Source: Octopus vulgaris
Lineage: Eukaryota
Reading direction: 5' to 3'
NCBI GenBank assembly: GCA_951406725.2
Contig: OX597819.1
Span: forward strand, 3,534,001 to 3,598,000
DNA: 64,000 nucleotides
In this document: positions 48,851 through 62,079 of the stretch, piece by piece
Layout: the number at the start of each line of letters is the position of its first letter
How positions within the stretch are numbered: position 1 is the stretch's first letter
Program-made: the position numbers and the translations under genes
The notes under the pieces: generated by a model
The model's database searches: none
What the model saw: only the letters and a program-made list of their open reading frames with translations
What the model was told of the DNA's origin: nothing

Positions 48851-51800
48851 TATTCTAGTCTTTGCTTCTATATCTAGGGCAGGTACTGCTGTTTTCATTA
48901 TATATAATGTTATCTAAATAGTAAATAAATAAGTGAGTATTAATCTGCACTTTTGTTTCTGGAAGAAGAGGTAGTATTCATGGTATTTGAGGGTCTTCCT
49001 AGGTTTGTGATATGGATGGCATTAATGTTACTCTTGAATATTTGTCATCGAACAGCGGAGGGAGAAATATATGAACAAGGAGTGGAATTCAAGACGGCCG
49101 ACATTCTTAGAAAGAAAGAGAGGACGTAGTAATTAGTGTGTGTCTTGAAATGGCAAGGCTGGACACAGAAAGGATTCAGGAAAGAAGGAGAGATGAATAA
49201 GATGGTGATACTTGTGTTGAGGTAATATAAATTTGGCCAGTTCCGAGGAGTAAAGGCTATTATATTTGTTTCAAATTTTGACACAAAGCCAGCAATTTCC
49301 GATGAGGAGTAAGTCGATTATATCGACACCAAGAGTCGACTGGTACTTATTTTATGGAGCCCTAAATGATAGAAGGTTTGAACTCAAAGCGTAAAGACGG
49401 ATGAAATGCTGCTAAGCATTTTGCCCTGCGTGATAACGATTCTGCCAGCTCATCGCTTTAGTAAAGGCTATTGCACCAGCGGTATATAAGACAGAACGAG
49501 GAGTCAGGACATTTTTGGGGACAGAGGTTGGTGTCTGTGCTCCAGCGATAGTTAGCAACTCAGTCTGATAACTCTTTTCTGGGTACACTCTACAATATTT
49601 GTGGGTAAAGCATCACCATTCTAGATGTGAGAGCAATATTCCATTGTCGGTCTCACCTGTACATTGTAGTGTTTGATATTTATTGGAAGCTGATAAGACC
49701 GTGAGTTGGCAGAATCGTTAGCACGCCGGGCAGAATGTTTAGCAGCATTTCGTCTGTCCTTACTTTCTGAGTTCAAATTCCGCTGAGGCAGACTTTGCCT
49801 TTCATTCTTTCGGGGTACGATAAATTAAGTACCAGTTCAGCACTGGGGTTGACGTAATTGACTTACTTGCTTTCCCAGAATTTCTGGCCTTGTGCCTAAA
49901 ATTTGAAACCTATAATTATTGGGAGCTGATAAAGCAGCAAGTTGGTAGGATCATTGGCATGCCGGGCCAAATGTTTAGCGGCATTTCGTCTGTCCTTACG
50001 CTCTGAGTTCAAATTCCGCCGATGTGAACTCTGCTTTTCGGGGTCGATGAGTACCAGTTGAGCACTGGGGTCGATGTAATTGACTTACCCACTTTCACGA
50101 AGTTGTTGGGTTGTAACAAAATTTGAAACCCATAAGTATTGAGAGCTGAAATATCTTTTAGACCTGAGCAGTCATTGGAATGCAGTCCTAGCTATGTTAA
50201 GGATGTTCTTTCGTCAGGCAGGATGGATCCTCGATGATACCGAAACTCAACAACTGGAGCGATTTTCCGGTCTCTAGCTCAGTGTTGCTCACGAGTTAAG
50301 GTAGATGGTATAGTTTTTTATATGAATATGGAAGACTGTCTTTTGTCGTCATATTGTCTCAAATGTTCATTCGACAGTAACAATATTGCTTTCACCAAAT
50401 ACCTGCAAAGCAAGAGCTCACTGGTAGGGGGAGAGTACTTTCTACAGTGCTCCTAGATGTCTCCTCTATGTATGTCATGTTCTTGCCTTTGCAAGCACCT
50501 TCTATGCATCTCATGCTGTACACTACATTTCTAGTTCTACAGTTAATGCCAGGGCTAATCCTACATACCGTACATTTATCATTGGCGCATATGATATTCG
50601 CAAAAAGGGTACGTCCTACATAGTTGTGATCTGATGGAGTTCCCTGGCTTTTCAACAATCTTAATGTTGAGTTTGGTCCCCTTCAAAGCTTTCCTAACTC
50701 TACAGGCTAGTTCTCCATGGGCTGTAGCCTCTACAAACTTCACTCCTTGATATTTGTTGGTTTTATACCACGTGTTCACCCTGTTTGCTTTGTCACAATC
50801 TCTTTGTATTCTATTCCAGTCTTTGCTTCTATATCTAGGGCAGGTACTGCTGTTTTCATTATATATAATGTTATCTAAATAGTGAATAAATAAGTGAGTA
50901 TTAATCTGCACTTTTGTTTCTGGAAGAAGAGGTAGTATTCATGGTATTTGAGGGTCTTCCTAGGTTTGTGATATGGATGGCATTAATGTTACTCTTGAAT
51001 ATTTGTCATCGAACAGCGGAGGGAGAAATATATGAACAAGGAGTGGAATTCAAGACGGCCGACATTCTTAGAAAGAAAGAGAGGACGTAGTAATTAGTGT
51101 GTGTCTTGAGATGGCAAGGCTGGACACAGAAAGGATACAGGAAAGAAGGAGAGATGAATAAGATGGTGATACTTGTGTTGAGGTAATATAAACTTGGCCG
51201 GTTCCGAGGAGTAAAGGCTATTATATTTGTTTCAAATTTTGACACAAAGCCAGCAATTTCCGGTGAGGAGTAAGTCGATTATATCGACACCAAGAGTCGA
51301 CTGGTACTTATTTTATGGAGCCCTAAATGATAGAAGGTTTGAACTCAAAGCGTAAAGACGGATGAAATGCTGCTAAGCATTTTGCCCTGCGTGATAACGA
51401 TTCTGCCAGCTCATCGCTTTAGTAAAGGCTATTGTACCAGCGGTATATAAGACAGAACGAGGAGTCAGGACATTTTTGGGGACAGAGGTTGGTGTCTGTG
51501 CTCCAGCGATAGTTAGCAACTCAGTCTGATAACTCTTTTCTGGGTACACTCTACAATATTTGTGGGTAAAGCATCACCATTCTAGATGTGAGAGCAATAT
51601 TCCATTGTCGGTCTCACCTGTACATTGTAGTGTTTGATATTTATTGGAAGCTGATAAGGCCGTGAGTTGGCAGAATCGTTAGCACGCCGGGCAGAATGTT
51701 TAGCAGCATTTCGTCTGTCCTTACTTTCTGAGTTCAAATTCCGCTGAGGCAGACTTTGCCTTTCATTCTTTCGGGGTACGATAAATTAAGTACCAGTTCA

Positions 51801-52297
51801 GCACTGGGGTTGACGTAATTGACTTACTTGCTTTCCCAGAATTTCTGGCCTTGTGCCTAAAATTTGAAACCTATAATTATTGGGAGCTGATAAAGCAGCA
51901 AGTTGGTAGGATCATTGGCATGCCGGGCCAAATGTTTAGCGGCATTTCGTCTGTCCTTACGCTCTGAGTTCAAATTCCGCCGATGTGAACTCTGCTTTTC
52001 GGGGTCGATGAGTACCAGTTGAGCACTGGGGTCGATGTAATTGACTTACCCACTTTCACGAAGTTGTTGGGTTGTAACAAAATTTGAAACCCATAAGTAT
52101 TGAGAGCTGAAATATCTTTTAGACCTGAGCAGTCATTGGAATGCAGTCCTAGCTATGTTAAGGATGTTCTTTCGTCAGGCAGGATGGATCCTCGATGATA
52201 CCGAAACTCAACAACTGGAGCGATTTTCCGGTCTCTAGCTCAGTGTTGCTCACGAGTTAAGGTGGGAGGTATGGCACTATAGTTTTTTATATGAATA
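48428..52297. repeat. Recent tandem duplication of ~1.9 kb
   Basis: 48477-50301 matches 50438-52262 at a constant offset of 1961 with only scattered substitutions. Confidence 0.96.
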
Positions 52298-52630
52298 GCG
52301 GTATGAATTTCCTTGCTGTTGAAAGAGACAAGATTGAAATATCTTCATTGGGAGTAATTTTGATTACTCTTTTCGTGGAGTCAGCGTAGGTGGTGGCATG
52401 TGACGTCTGTTTTGTGGTAGGTGTTCAAAGTAGGCGGGTCAGAAAGATCTCCCTCAATACGTTGCCGTAATGCTATCTAATTATAACCTACTGATCCAAG
52501 AGGTGAGAGATCGTTGGAGCTCCGAGTCAGGAAGTTTCTATAGGAGGTTCGCATGCCCCATATGGTCGACAGTAACAATATTGCTTTCACCAAATACCTG
52601 CAAAGCAAGAGCTCACTGGTAGGGGGAGAG
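51440..52630 (-). mobile_element. Decayed CR1/L2-group LINE reverse transcriptase interrupted by SINE B copies (partly duplicated at 49480-50300)
   Basis: LQVFGESNIVTVD..HANLL*KL; RSKRYFSSQ; YNVQVRPTMEYCSHI*...TQKRVIRL. Confidence 0.7.
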
Positions 52631-52759
52631 AGGAGAGTAGTTACTATTGAATCTCGTTATTGTGTACTATTACAATAGTAGGCTTTAATGAAAAAGACAA
52701 TGTAAGAGTGTGCGACGTTGTTGATTCATTTAAGTAAAACCCAAAGATTAATAATAGTT

Positions 52760-54125
52760 TCAAAGTTTGGCAAAAGGCCAGATATTTCAAAGTAGTTTAT
52801 TATATCGACCCCCAGTTTTCAATTGGTACTTATTTTATCGGCGGAATTTGAACTCAGAGCATAAAGATAGACGAAATACTGCTAAGCATTTCGCCCGGCG
52901 TGCTAACGTTTCTTATTTCTTTATTGCCCACAAGGGGCTAAACATGGAAGGGACAAGCAAGGACAGGCAAACGGATTAAGTCGATTATATCGACCCCAGT
53001 GCGTAAATGGTACTTAATTTATCGACCCCCAAAGGATGAAAGGCAAAGTCGACCACGGCGGAATTTGAACTCAGAACGTAACGGCAGATCAAATACTGCT
53101 AAGCATTTCGCCCGGTGCGCTAACGTTTCTGCCAGCTCGCCGCCTTAAAATAATCTTTTCTACTCTCAGTAGAAGGCCTAAAATTTTTATAGGGAGGGGG
53201 CCAGTCAATTAGATCGACTCCAGTACGCAACCCCGAAAGGATGAGAAGCAAAGTCGACCTCGGCAGATTTTGAACTCAGAACGTAAAGACGGACGAAATA
53301 CCTATTTCTTTACTACCCACAAGGGGCTAAACACAGAGAGGACAAATGAGGACAGACAAACGGATAAATTCGATTACATCAACCCCAGTGCGTAACTGGT
53401 ACTTAATTTATCGACCCCGAAAGGATGAAAGGCAAAGTCAACCTTGGCGGAATTTGAACTCAGAACGTAACAGCAGACGAAATACGGCTACGCATTTCGC
53501 CCGGCGTGCTAACGTTTCTGCCACGGGTATTTATAATAAACGATTAAAGGCGGCTAGCTGGCAGAAACGTTAGCATGCCGGGCGAAATGCTTAGCAGTAT
53601 TTCGTCTGCCGCTACGTTCTGAGTTCAAATTCCGCTGAGGCCGACTTTGCCTTTCATTCTTTCGGTGTCGAATAAATAAGTACCAGTTATACACTGGAGT
53701 TGATATAATCGACTTAATCTGTTCGTCTGTCCTTGTTTGTCCTCTCTGTGTTTAGCCCCTTGTGGGTAGTAAAGAAATAGGTATTTGGTCTGCCGTTACG
53801 TTGTGAGTTCAAATTCCGCCGAGGTCGACTTTGCCCTTCATCGTTTCGGGTTCGATAAATTAAGTACCAGCTACGCACTAGGGTCGATGTAATCGACTTA
53901 ATCAGTTTGTCTGTTCTTGTTTGTTCCCTCTGTGTTTAGCCCCTTGTGGGTAGTAAAGAAATAGGTATTTCGCCTGTCTTTATGCTTTGAGTTCAAATTC
54001 TGACGAGGTTGTCTTTGCCTTTCATCCATTCTGGGTCAATAAAATAAGTACCAGTTAAACACTGTGGTCGATATAATCGACTTACCCCCCCACCACTAAA
54101 CTTTCTGGCCTTGTACCAAAATTTG
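52760..54125. mobile_element. Head-to-head array of SINE family B multimers
   Basis: About four minus-strand units (52760-53525) face three plus-strand units (53547-54125). Confidence 0.92.
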
Positions 54126-54934
54126 AAATAAAAAATAAACGATTAAATTTACAGGTTAACAACTAGAATTTAACTTAACAACGTGTCTGTAAGTTGCCGG
54201 GCCATTTTGTCATGCTTTGCTTCAGATCAAAACTAGATTTCTCTCTTTTACATAATATTGCAGGATAATTTTGTGCATAGAAATTCAATTGAAAAGTACT
54301 GTATAGTGTTAGAAGCATTACTGGAAACTGCTTTTCGCCTGGTTTTGTTCGTCATCAATAGAACATTCGATTGTTATGTTTGTCCGGTAAATCACATTTT
54401 AACATGTATGATGAAAGCCATATGTATATTTCAGTCATATATGATCTCATGTATGAGATCATGAGATATGAGATTTGTATGAGTTCGAAACAAATACACA
54501 CACACATTTCATTATGTCCCGAACATGCCTGTTTGCACAAACGTGTGTGTATGTGTGTGTTCCGAGCTAAATAGAGTCACCTATTATATTTTCCTGTTAC
54601 GTTTTGATTTAACTGATGTTATTGGGATAATATCACAGTCAACGAGGAACCTCGCTAACAGGCGTGTAATCTCTTGCCGATTATAGAGATTTGAGATCAA
54701 TCAGCATGGAATTCGTTAATTATATTTTCTTTTTTACACAAGGCACATGGAATAGATACACATATTCGTCATTATCATTGATTCGCTTATGTATAAACGT
54801 TCCCAATGCCTCTTTTAAATCCTGAAATTTTAGGTGTAAGACTCAGTCATTTTCTACAAAGTAGATACACATACGATATCGCCTCGCATGTGTAATATAG
54901 AGACTTAGTGAATTACTAATTAATCGTAATTTCA

Positions 54935-54935
<1 letters not shown>

Positions 54936-54998
<63 letters not shown>

Positions 54999-55011
54999 GA
55001 ATATGATTTTA

Positions 55012-55043
<32 letters not shown>

Positions 55044-55219
55044 AGTGTGTGTGTGTGTGTGTGTGTGCGTGCGTGCGTGTGTGCGTGTGTACACATCTAC
55101 AGTGTTTGTAAAACACGTTTCTCATTGGAAATATATCGGTAAAGATAAATGAAAAATATCCTTTTGGATTAACTGGTACTAGAGTGAGCCATATAGTGAC
55201 CACTCTCTTATATTTATTT

Positions 55220-55256
<37 letters not shown>

Positions 55257-55309
55257 ATATATATGTATATGATTTTATGTGTGTGTGTGTGTGTGTGTGT
55301 GTATGTGAG

Positions 55310-55348
<39 letters not shown>

Positions 55349-55376
55349 CGTGCGTGTGTGCGTGTGTACACATCTT
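54936..55376. repeat. Duplicated compound microsatellite block
   Basis: (TA)n-atgattttat-(GT)n-atgtgag-(TG)n-(CGTG)n-tacacatct at 54936-55097 and again at 55219-55376. Confidence 0.85.
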
Positions 55377-55744
55377 CAGTTTCGTAAAACATTTTACAGA
55401 GCAGCTGGAACAACATGATCTTTTTTTTTACTTCTAAATATTTAAAAGAAGGATATAGAGGGATGAGACTAATCCAGTGTACTATTGGAACTTACTTTCC
55501 GTGGGAGATAGGTGGATGCAGGCAACTGGGAGTTTAAGAAATTTGATTTGTAACTGCGTGGTTCTGAGTTCTATTTGCATCTCCGCGGTTCTGAGTTCAA
55601 AATTAATCCCGGACAATTTGAACTCAGAATAGAAAAGACAGTCAAACATTGTAAGTATTGCATTTCTTACCGGATAATAACAATAATTGTTATATGGGGG
55701 CAAGGCCACACATTTGAAATTGGATGAAGTCAATTAATACTTTT

Positions 55745-56138
55745 TTTTCTACCCTAGGCAAAGACTCGAAATTTTTGTGAGGGGGCTAGTCGATTAGATC
55801 GACCTCAGTACCTAACTGGTACTTAATTTATCGACCCCGAGAGGATGAAAGGCAAAGTCGACCTTGGTGGAATTTGAACTCAGAGCATAAAGACAGACGA
55901 AATACCTATTTCTGTATTACCCACAAGGGGCTAAACACAGAGCGGACAAACAAGGACAGACATAGGTATTAAGTCGATTACATCGACCCAGTGCGTAACT
56001 GGTACTTATTTAATCGACCCCGAATGGATGAAAGGCAAAGTCGACCTCGGCGGGAATTTGAACTCAGAACGTAACGACAGACGAAATACCGCTACGCGTT
56101 TCGCCCGGCGTGCTAACGTTTTTGCCAGCACGCCGCCT
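55745..56138 (-). mobile_element. SINE family B dimer (another dimer at 59175-59570)
   Basis: Young unit joined to an older unit at gaaatag|gtatttc. Confidence 0.9.
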
Positions 56139-57984
56139 TGATGTCAATTATCACTGAAGGAGGAATGTCAAAGTCGACACTGCGGTATTTGGATTGACGA
56201 GTTAATGGGACCCAAGTGCTGTAAAACATTTCCTTCGGTTGGATTCATTTAATCAAAAAGCACTGCTACTACAACAAATTATAATTGAGCCTAAATGGAG
56301 ACTAAGTCCATTGGCCTCAGTGTTTGACTTACTTTATTCTATCGACTCCAAAGTGTTGAGAGGCAAAAATCAGTCTCAGTAGGATTCGAACTCAAAACGA
56401 AAAAGGTCATAACTAATACCTTAAAACATTTTTCGGTGCTCTAACGTCTCAGCTAATGTACCATAATGATGGGGTAATGGTATGAATGATGCGGATGACG
56501 ACTTCTACAAGAGAACAGTCGAGAAAATTCAAACAAACGGCACACAAGAGCAATAAGGGAATGTGTTCTCAGAACTTCAGAGAATATTATTTACCGAACC
56601 GTTTCCAATCAACCAGAATTTAATTTTCCAAGTAACATATTTAGTTTTTTATTTTACCCACAATAAACTGTGCTTCCTCGCCGGTATAACTGTTGGTGTG
56701 TTAATTCATGGAAGTAATTTCTCATGAGTAACGATAAAATCATAATTAGACGTTTTGCACATGAATCCATAACAATACTTTTGATCAGGGTGGCTCTATC
56801 ATGGTTGAAACAACTAATTTTAGATTTTTATCCTGAGATGAGTCTAAAGTAGTGTGCATATTCTTATAACATTTCAGCATAATGAATGCTTAGAAGGGGT
56901 CTATTAAATATGGCTCCTTTTGCCAATACAAAGAATTTCTAAAAGATTTGAACAAGTGATGAGATACATCTGTTATATTTTTATCTTTTACTTGACATTA
57001 CTTCTAAAAACTACTTCGCAGCTTATGAAGTAAAATTAAATTAAGTTCCACCATCGCAACGATATTATAAATCATACAGCGGAGATTTTCGTGAAGGTTT
57101 AACATATATTGTAAACAGTACCGATAAATTTAACAGTAAAGCCATAATTTATGGTTTCATACAAGGGATGTGATTTAATTAATTCTTGTGTTTATATAAT
57201 TTGCAATAAAAAAAAACGTGATATGAAGGAAAACAAGTGAAACCTAATAAATGTCTATATTTCTGAGAGGAGTTGTTAATACCATTACAAATGATGCCAG
57301 AAGCAATTACAGTATTAAACATAGTTTTCAGTTAATAAGATATTTGGGATTATTAGCCTAATCTTTATACATGAAATATGTTTTATTAATAATATCTATA
57401 TTATATTTTTTATCGGCTTGATCTCGATCGTCACTATATTTCAAATACTTGAAAGTGTAGCTTAAAAATAAAAGTTCCTCGTTCGAGTCTAAAATAATGT
57501 TATATAGACTCCAGGAACAAGACATTTGATGTTGATGATCGGAGATCAAAACCTATAAATATGTTGTGCAGATGTTAACGTTGAAATTATTTTAATTTCT
57601 GAAATCCCAACTCTATGTTAAATATGAGGATTTCTAGAATTGTCACCTATTTTAAAGAAAGGGATACAAATTATTGAATCGGGGAATTCTCAGCATGATA
57701 CAAATTTAGTGAATAAAAGGGGTGAGAGTTATTTAATAATCCATTTATTCATACTTAAAAAAAAACGAGATACAAAAATGTTTAAAGGATGAGTGAAATG
57801 TTCAAATAAATTTTTCTCGCCAAAACTAATCCCGTGTAGGTAAAATACTTTGAGTAGAAGGGGATGCAACTCTTCCTGCGCATGTACAAACATTTCCACA
57901 CTGGAAGGCCGCTTTTCTTCTTTGCTGTTATGTTTAGAATACGAACGGGTAGTGTGCGCTCGTCAGGTTTCCGCTTTCACACAA

Positions 57985-58115
57985 GATGACCGAAAGCACC
58001 AATCATAGATATTCCATCAAGTTTCGCCGAAAGCTTGGTGATACTTAAGCTCATACCATGCTGAAGATTCGGAAGGCCTTTGGTGATGATGGCACGGGCA
58101 AAACTCATAACAAGG
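57985..58115 (+). mobile_element. Mariner transposase N-terminal remnant
   Basis: MTESTNHRYSIKFRRKLGDT*AHTMLKIRKAFGDD. Confidence 0.7.
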
Positions 58116-60570
58116 ATATGAAATTAACGAAAAGCGATTTTAAAAAAAGAACTCAATATAAAATATTCTTTACAGCTTCTCCACAATCTGTTGGATGGCT
58201 CCCATCTCGACATATTTACGCACCATGCAGTTAAAGAGAGGAGATTATTGAAATTAGTCACAACTCATTTTACTCCATTCTAGACATTAATTTTTTGAAA
58301 ATTGAAAATGATCAAATTAGATATTAGTTTGGGTAAAAATTGACTTGGAATCCAACAGAGAAAAGAACATTGATTGTTAAACACCAAAAATTATCCAGAT
58401 ATATTATTATCAACCTCAATTACAAACTGGTCGAAGTTGAGAAAAATTTCATGAAAAAAAAAGTCCCAGCTTCCTAACTGTATTTCAAACTCTCTCATCT
58501 TCAACGACAAATATGCTTTTTTTTACCCCTAGTATAAAATAATGATGCAATGTAATTATTTCAAACAAGTAGGGAGAAAATAACAAGAAATAGGAAATTA
58601 GTCATTTTACCCCGGTTACTAATTTTGCTCCCCCAACCAAACTTTTTATTTTGTTACAAGCTTCTATCAGCTGCTGCAAAGAAGTGATAATTGCGATAAT
58701 TATTTGCGAATTATTTTGTCAAGAACATGTTTTGAACTATTATATTAAAAATCTTTTCGTTTTCAGACAGCTACATTCTCCGAACACTTTTTGCGCCATA
58801 ACACTTGATGAACAAGATATCACGTGGATAGATTATAATACGTTTGCAGTCAATCGTATCTACATAAATATTTCGCGTATTGTTTCTGCAGCGGGTGTTT
58901 GGTGTTATCTTTAACTGCAATATGTTCTTTGTCGTTGTTCTTATTATACACTATCATTTACTCTTGTTCAACGTAATCCAGTTATTCCTGTTATTAGGAT
59001 TAAATAATTTTGATATTAATTTGCGTTTTCATTACAATCACCTCGTTAAAAGCATGACTCTAAATAATGCAAGTAGTTTACCCTGTCGTTTCACTGTTTT
59101 CTCCGACTCCACTATTCTTCGTATATTAAACATAAACACAGCAAGCATAGTTATATACTATGGTAGATGGTATAATCCTTTCTGATAAGGTCTTAAGGCC
59201 TGGAATTTTTGGGGAAGATAACTACACAATTGCATCGACTCCAGTGTTCAACTGGTATTGACTTTATAGACCCCGAAAGGATGAAAGGCAAGGTCGACTT
59301 CGGCGGAATTTGAACTCAGAACGTAAAACCAGAAATACCTATTTCTTTACTACCCACAAGGGGCTAAACACAGAGAGGACAAACAAGGACAGACAAATGG
59401 ATTAAGTCGATTATATCGACCCCAGTGCGTAACTGGTACTTATTTAATCGAACCCGAAAAGATGAAAGGCAAAGTCGACATCGGCGGAATTTGAACTCAG
59501 AACGCAAAGCCAGAAGAAATACCGCCCAGTTTATGCTCGACGCGTTAGCGATTCTATCATCTCGCCGGCTTGGTGGATGGTATAATTACTTAAAATAACC
59601 GCAGTACATGACTGGTTTTATGGAAATGAGACAGCTTCGAATGGGATTTGAACTCTGGATAATGGTTTTTGCAGCTTCAGATTATTATTTCATTTCTATA
59701 TTAAGTCTTTGTACTGTCTTTTTTTTCTGGAATTTGTGAATGTTATACGGGGCCCTATAACAAAACCATTCGCACTGAAAGCGCATAGAAAGTTTGTTTA
59801 CATAAAACAAATACGAGCTAATATAGTTCTTAAATTAGACAGAAACAGGGAAGTTAATTCGCTCGTGTAAAGGTAACACGGTCGCGTTAACAAAGGGATG
59901 CAGGTTCGAGTGCCACGTGGATAGGAAAGCCAACGTTTTTCTGTTGCGGGTTTATATGCCCCTTTAGTAGACTACTTTCCTTAGTCATTGCACGGTGATC
60001 GCCATAAGCCTTAAGCTTATATCAATACCATTATACATGTATATATAAGAAGAGTGTTTATAATTATGAATAAATCACAATTATAACTCAGAGGGTGCAA
60101 AAACCCTTACATGTTTAGAAATAGTAGTTGAAAACCACTATAAAGCCACTGTTATCACTCATATTTTATCTCCTCATAATAGAGCTGTCTGCGAGCGATA
60201 TAACATAAAATCCACAATATGAAAATAAAAGGTTAATTCTCTATTGCAATTTAGAAGTTAGGAACCTATTACACCATATTAAAAACCGTATCGTAAACAT
60301 CAGGAGAATATTCCCATCGATACAACTTAATACAAGATCATACCATGGGGCTTACATGTATCCCGACCGGCAACAATAATATGTCAATCTTTAGCTATAC
60401 CTTCAAATTCTGAGACCAATCAGTTACAGGATTCATTAGAATCTAGGTATATCAACTAGTAGGACGCCAGGAATGGTTGGGTAATTAATACTAAGCTCAC
60501 AGTAAGGTAAAAGGCCCTTATTTACATTATTTACGTTGGACGAATATGTGTCGTCATTTTGTTTGTTGCT

Positions 60571-60615
60571 ACCACAATGTTTCGGCTGATTTACTTCCAG
60601 CCTTCATCAGGTGTC
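60571..60615 (-). ncRNA. Minimal hammerhead motif
   Basis: GACAC CUGAUGA A GGCUG-gaaguaaau-CAGCC GAAAC AUU GUGGU. Core intact; helix III palindrome mutated. Confidence 0.7.
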
Positions 60616-60752
60616 CTGGTAGAATTCTGAACCCAATCCTGGGTTCTCATTCGTAAGGTATTTTTATTTGTTGATGCTTTTATATAGCATAATTAGCGCA
60701 GGCTACTAACTCTAAGATTGCGAGTTCAATTCCAGGCAGTTCCTTAAATAAA

Positions 60753-60787
<35 letters not shown>

Positions 60788-60849
60788 ATAACATCACCCA
60801 AAAATACCTTAGGAATGAGAACCCAGGGCTGGGTTCAAAATTCTACCTG

Positions 60850-60895
60850 GTCACCTGATGAAGGCTGGAGAGTAAATCAGCCGAAATGTTGTGGT
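60850..60895 (+). ncRNA. Minimal hammerhead motif
   Basis: GUCAC CUGAUGA A GGCUG-gagaguaaau-CAGCC GAAAU GUU GUGGU. Confidence 0.7.
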
Positions 60896-61017
60896 AACAA
60901 CAAGCAGGATGAGGACACATATCCGTTCAATATAAATAAAATAAATAATGTACAAAATTCCTTATCTCTGAAATATAGAATGGTAAAGCAGCCCTTATTT
61001 GTCATTTGTTGGTAGTA

Positions 61018-61083
<66 letters not shown>

Positions 61084-61088
61084 CATAC

Positions 61089-61129
<41 letters not shown>

Positions 61130-61135
61130 GTATAT

Positions 61136-61239
61136 GATTTTTTTGATTTTGATTTTTCCAGTTTCAGCTAATGAGCTGTGGCCATGCTGGGGCACCGCCA
61201 TTGAAAATATTCTGGAGATGCCGGGGATCGAACCCGGGG

Positions 61240-61242
<3 letters not shown>
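61136..61242 (-). mobile_element. tRNA-Ala 3' half fused to a CR1/L2-type LINE tail (simple SINE or retro-chimera)
   Basis: AGGCCCCGGGTTCGATCCCCGGCATCTCCA (61242-61213), a short linker, then ggcggtgccccagcatggccacagctcattagctgaaact and an A-rich repeat. Confidence 0.85.
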
Positions 61243-61288
<46 letters not shown>

Positions 61289-62079
61289 ATATATATAGGC
61301 GCAGGCGTAGCTGTGTGCTAAGTAGCTGATGGAGATAGCCGGCTGTACAGCAAGTGAAAAAAGCAGCTCAGCTGTAAGTTTAAACTTTTGTTTTTTTGGG
61401 TCCAGTGGGGATTTGTTGTTTGAGGTAAATTTTTTTACAAGCAAGGCGTCCTCACTGGATTCTGGACTCTAGTCTGCCTGCGGTTGGGATAAGGCTGTTC
61501 ACATTAAGTGAATATTGTTTCTCATTGTGAGAAGTGTTGTTTGGTGGGCGTGTCTCGCCACAAAAATTTGTGAAAATTTTATAAAATTTTCTACCAATTC
61601 GTGGAGGATTTTCTCAGTGCTCCCGCTTCTGGACCTGGAGTACCTGATTGGAGTACCAATTTTTGGAAAACCTGTTGGCCAGGATTACCAGAGGCCGAAA
61701 GAGCATTTGCTGTGATTTGAACTGTGTTCCTTCCTTCTTTTTCTCTGCGCTGTCTTTCTGCTCTTTTATTTATTTTTGACTGTATTAGACTGTTTATTTT
61801 GAACTATTTAATTTTCTTTTTCTGCAAGCAAGGCAAAAAATACTGCTTTGGATTGGGAAATTGTCTCTTCAAGGCAGTGATTGGAAAATTTCAATGATAG
61901 AACCGTGGTATTGATAACTTATTGTAAGTCTCTCAACACCATTACGGTATTCCCTCGAATTGAAATAGAAAAAGAGTTGGTAGAATAACTGCCAACTAAG
62001 TTTATTGCCAGGGGTGTCAAGTTTGCAACGGTGTGGTTGCTATTTGACACCCCTAAGAAGACTCGCAATTTTGCGAGCC

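Larger units (their letters stand above)
60520..60980. mobile_element. Inverted pair of Penelope pLTRs (same family as 22140-22400)
   Basis: 60520-60665 is the reverse complement of ~60800-60950. The spacer contains the tRNA-like B-box segment and (TAG)n. Confidence 0.9.

Noticed and set aside
52760-54125. CRISPR-like or satellite array
   Set aside because: The units are SINE monomers without unique spacers, in a eukaryotic context.
54264-54386. Plus-strand 123-bp open exon candidate (DNFVHRNS...DCYVCP) with AG/GT ends
   Set aside because: No recognisable domain and no partner exons.
61213-61242. Functional tRNA-Ala gene
   Set aside because: Only the 3' 30 nt are present; the D arm and anticodon arm are missing.
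61330-61860. Coding-like stretch after a SINE A head
   Set aside because: Stops in the plausible frames and no identifiable domain; possibly a LINE ORF1 relic.
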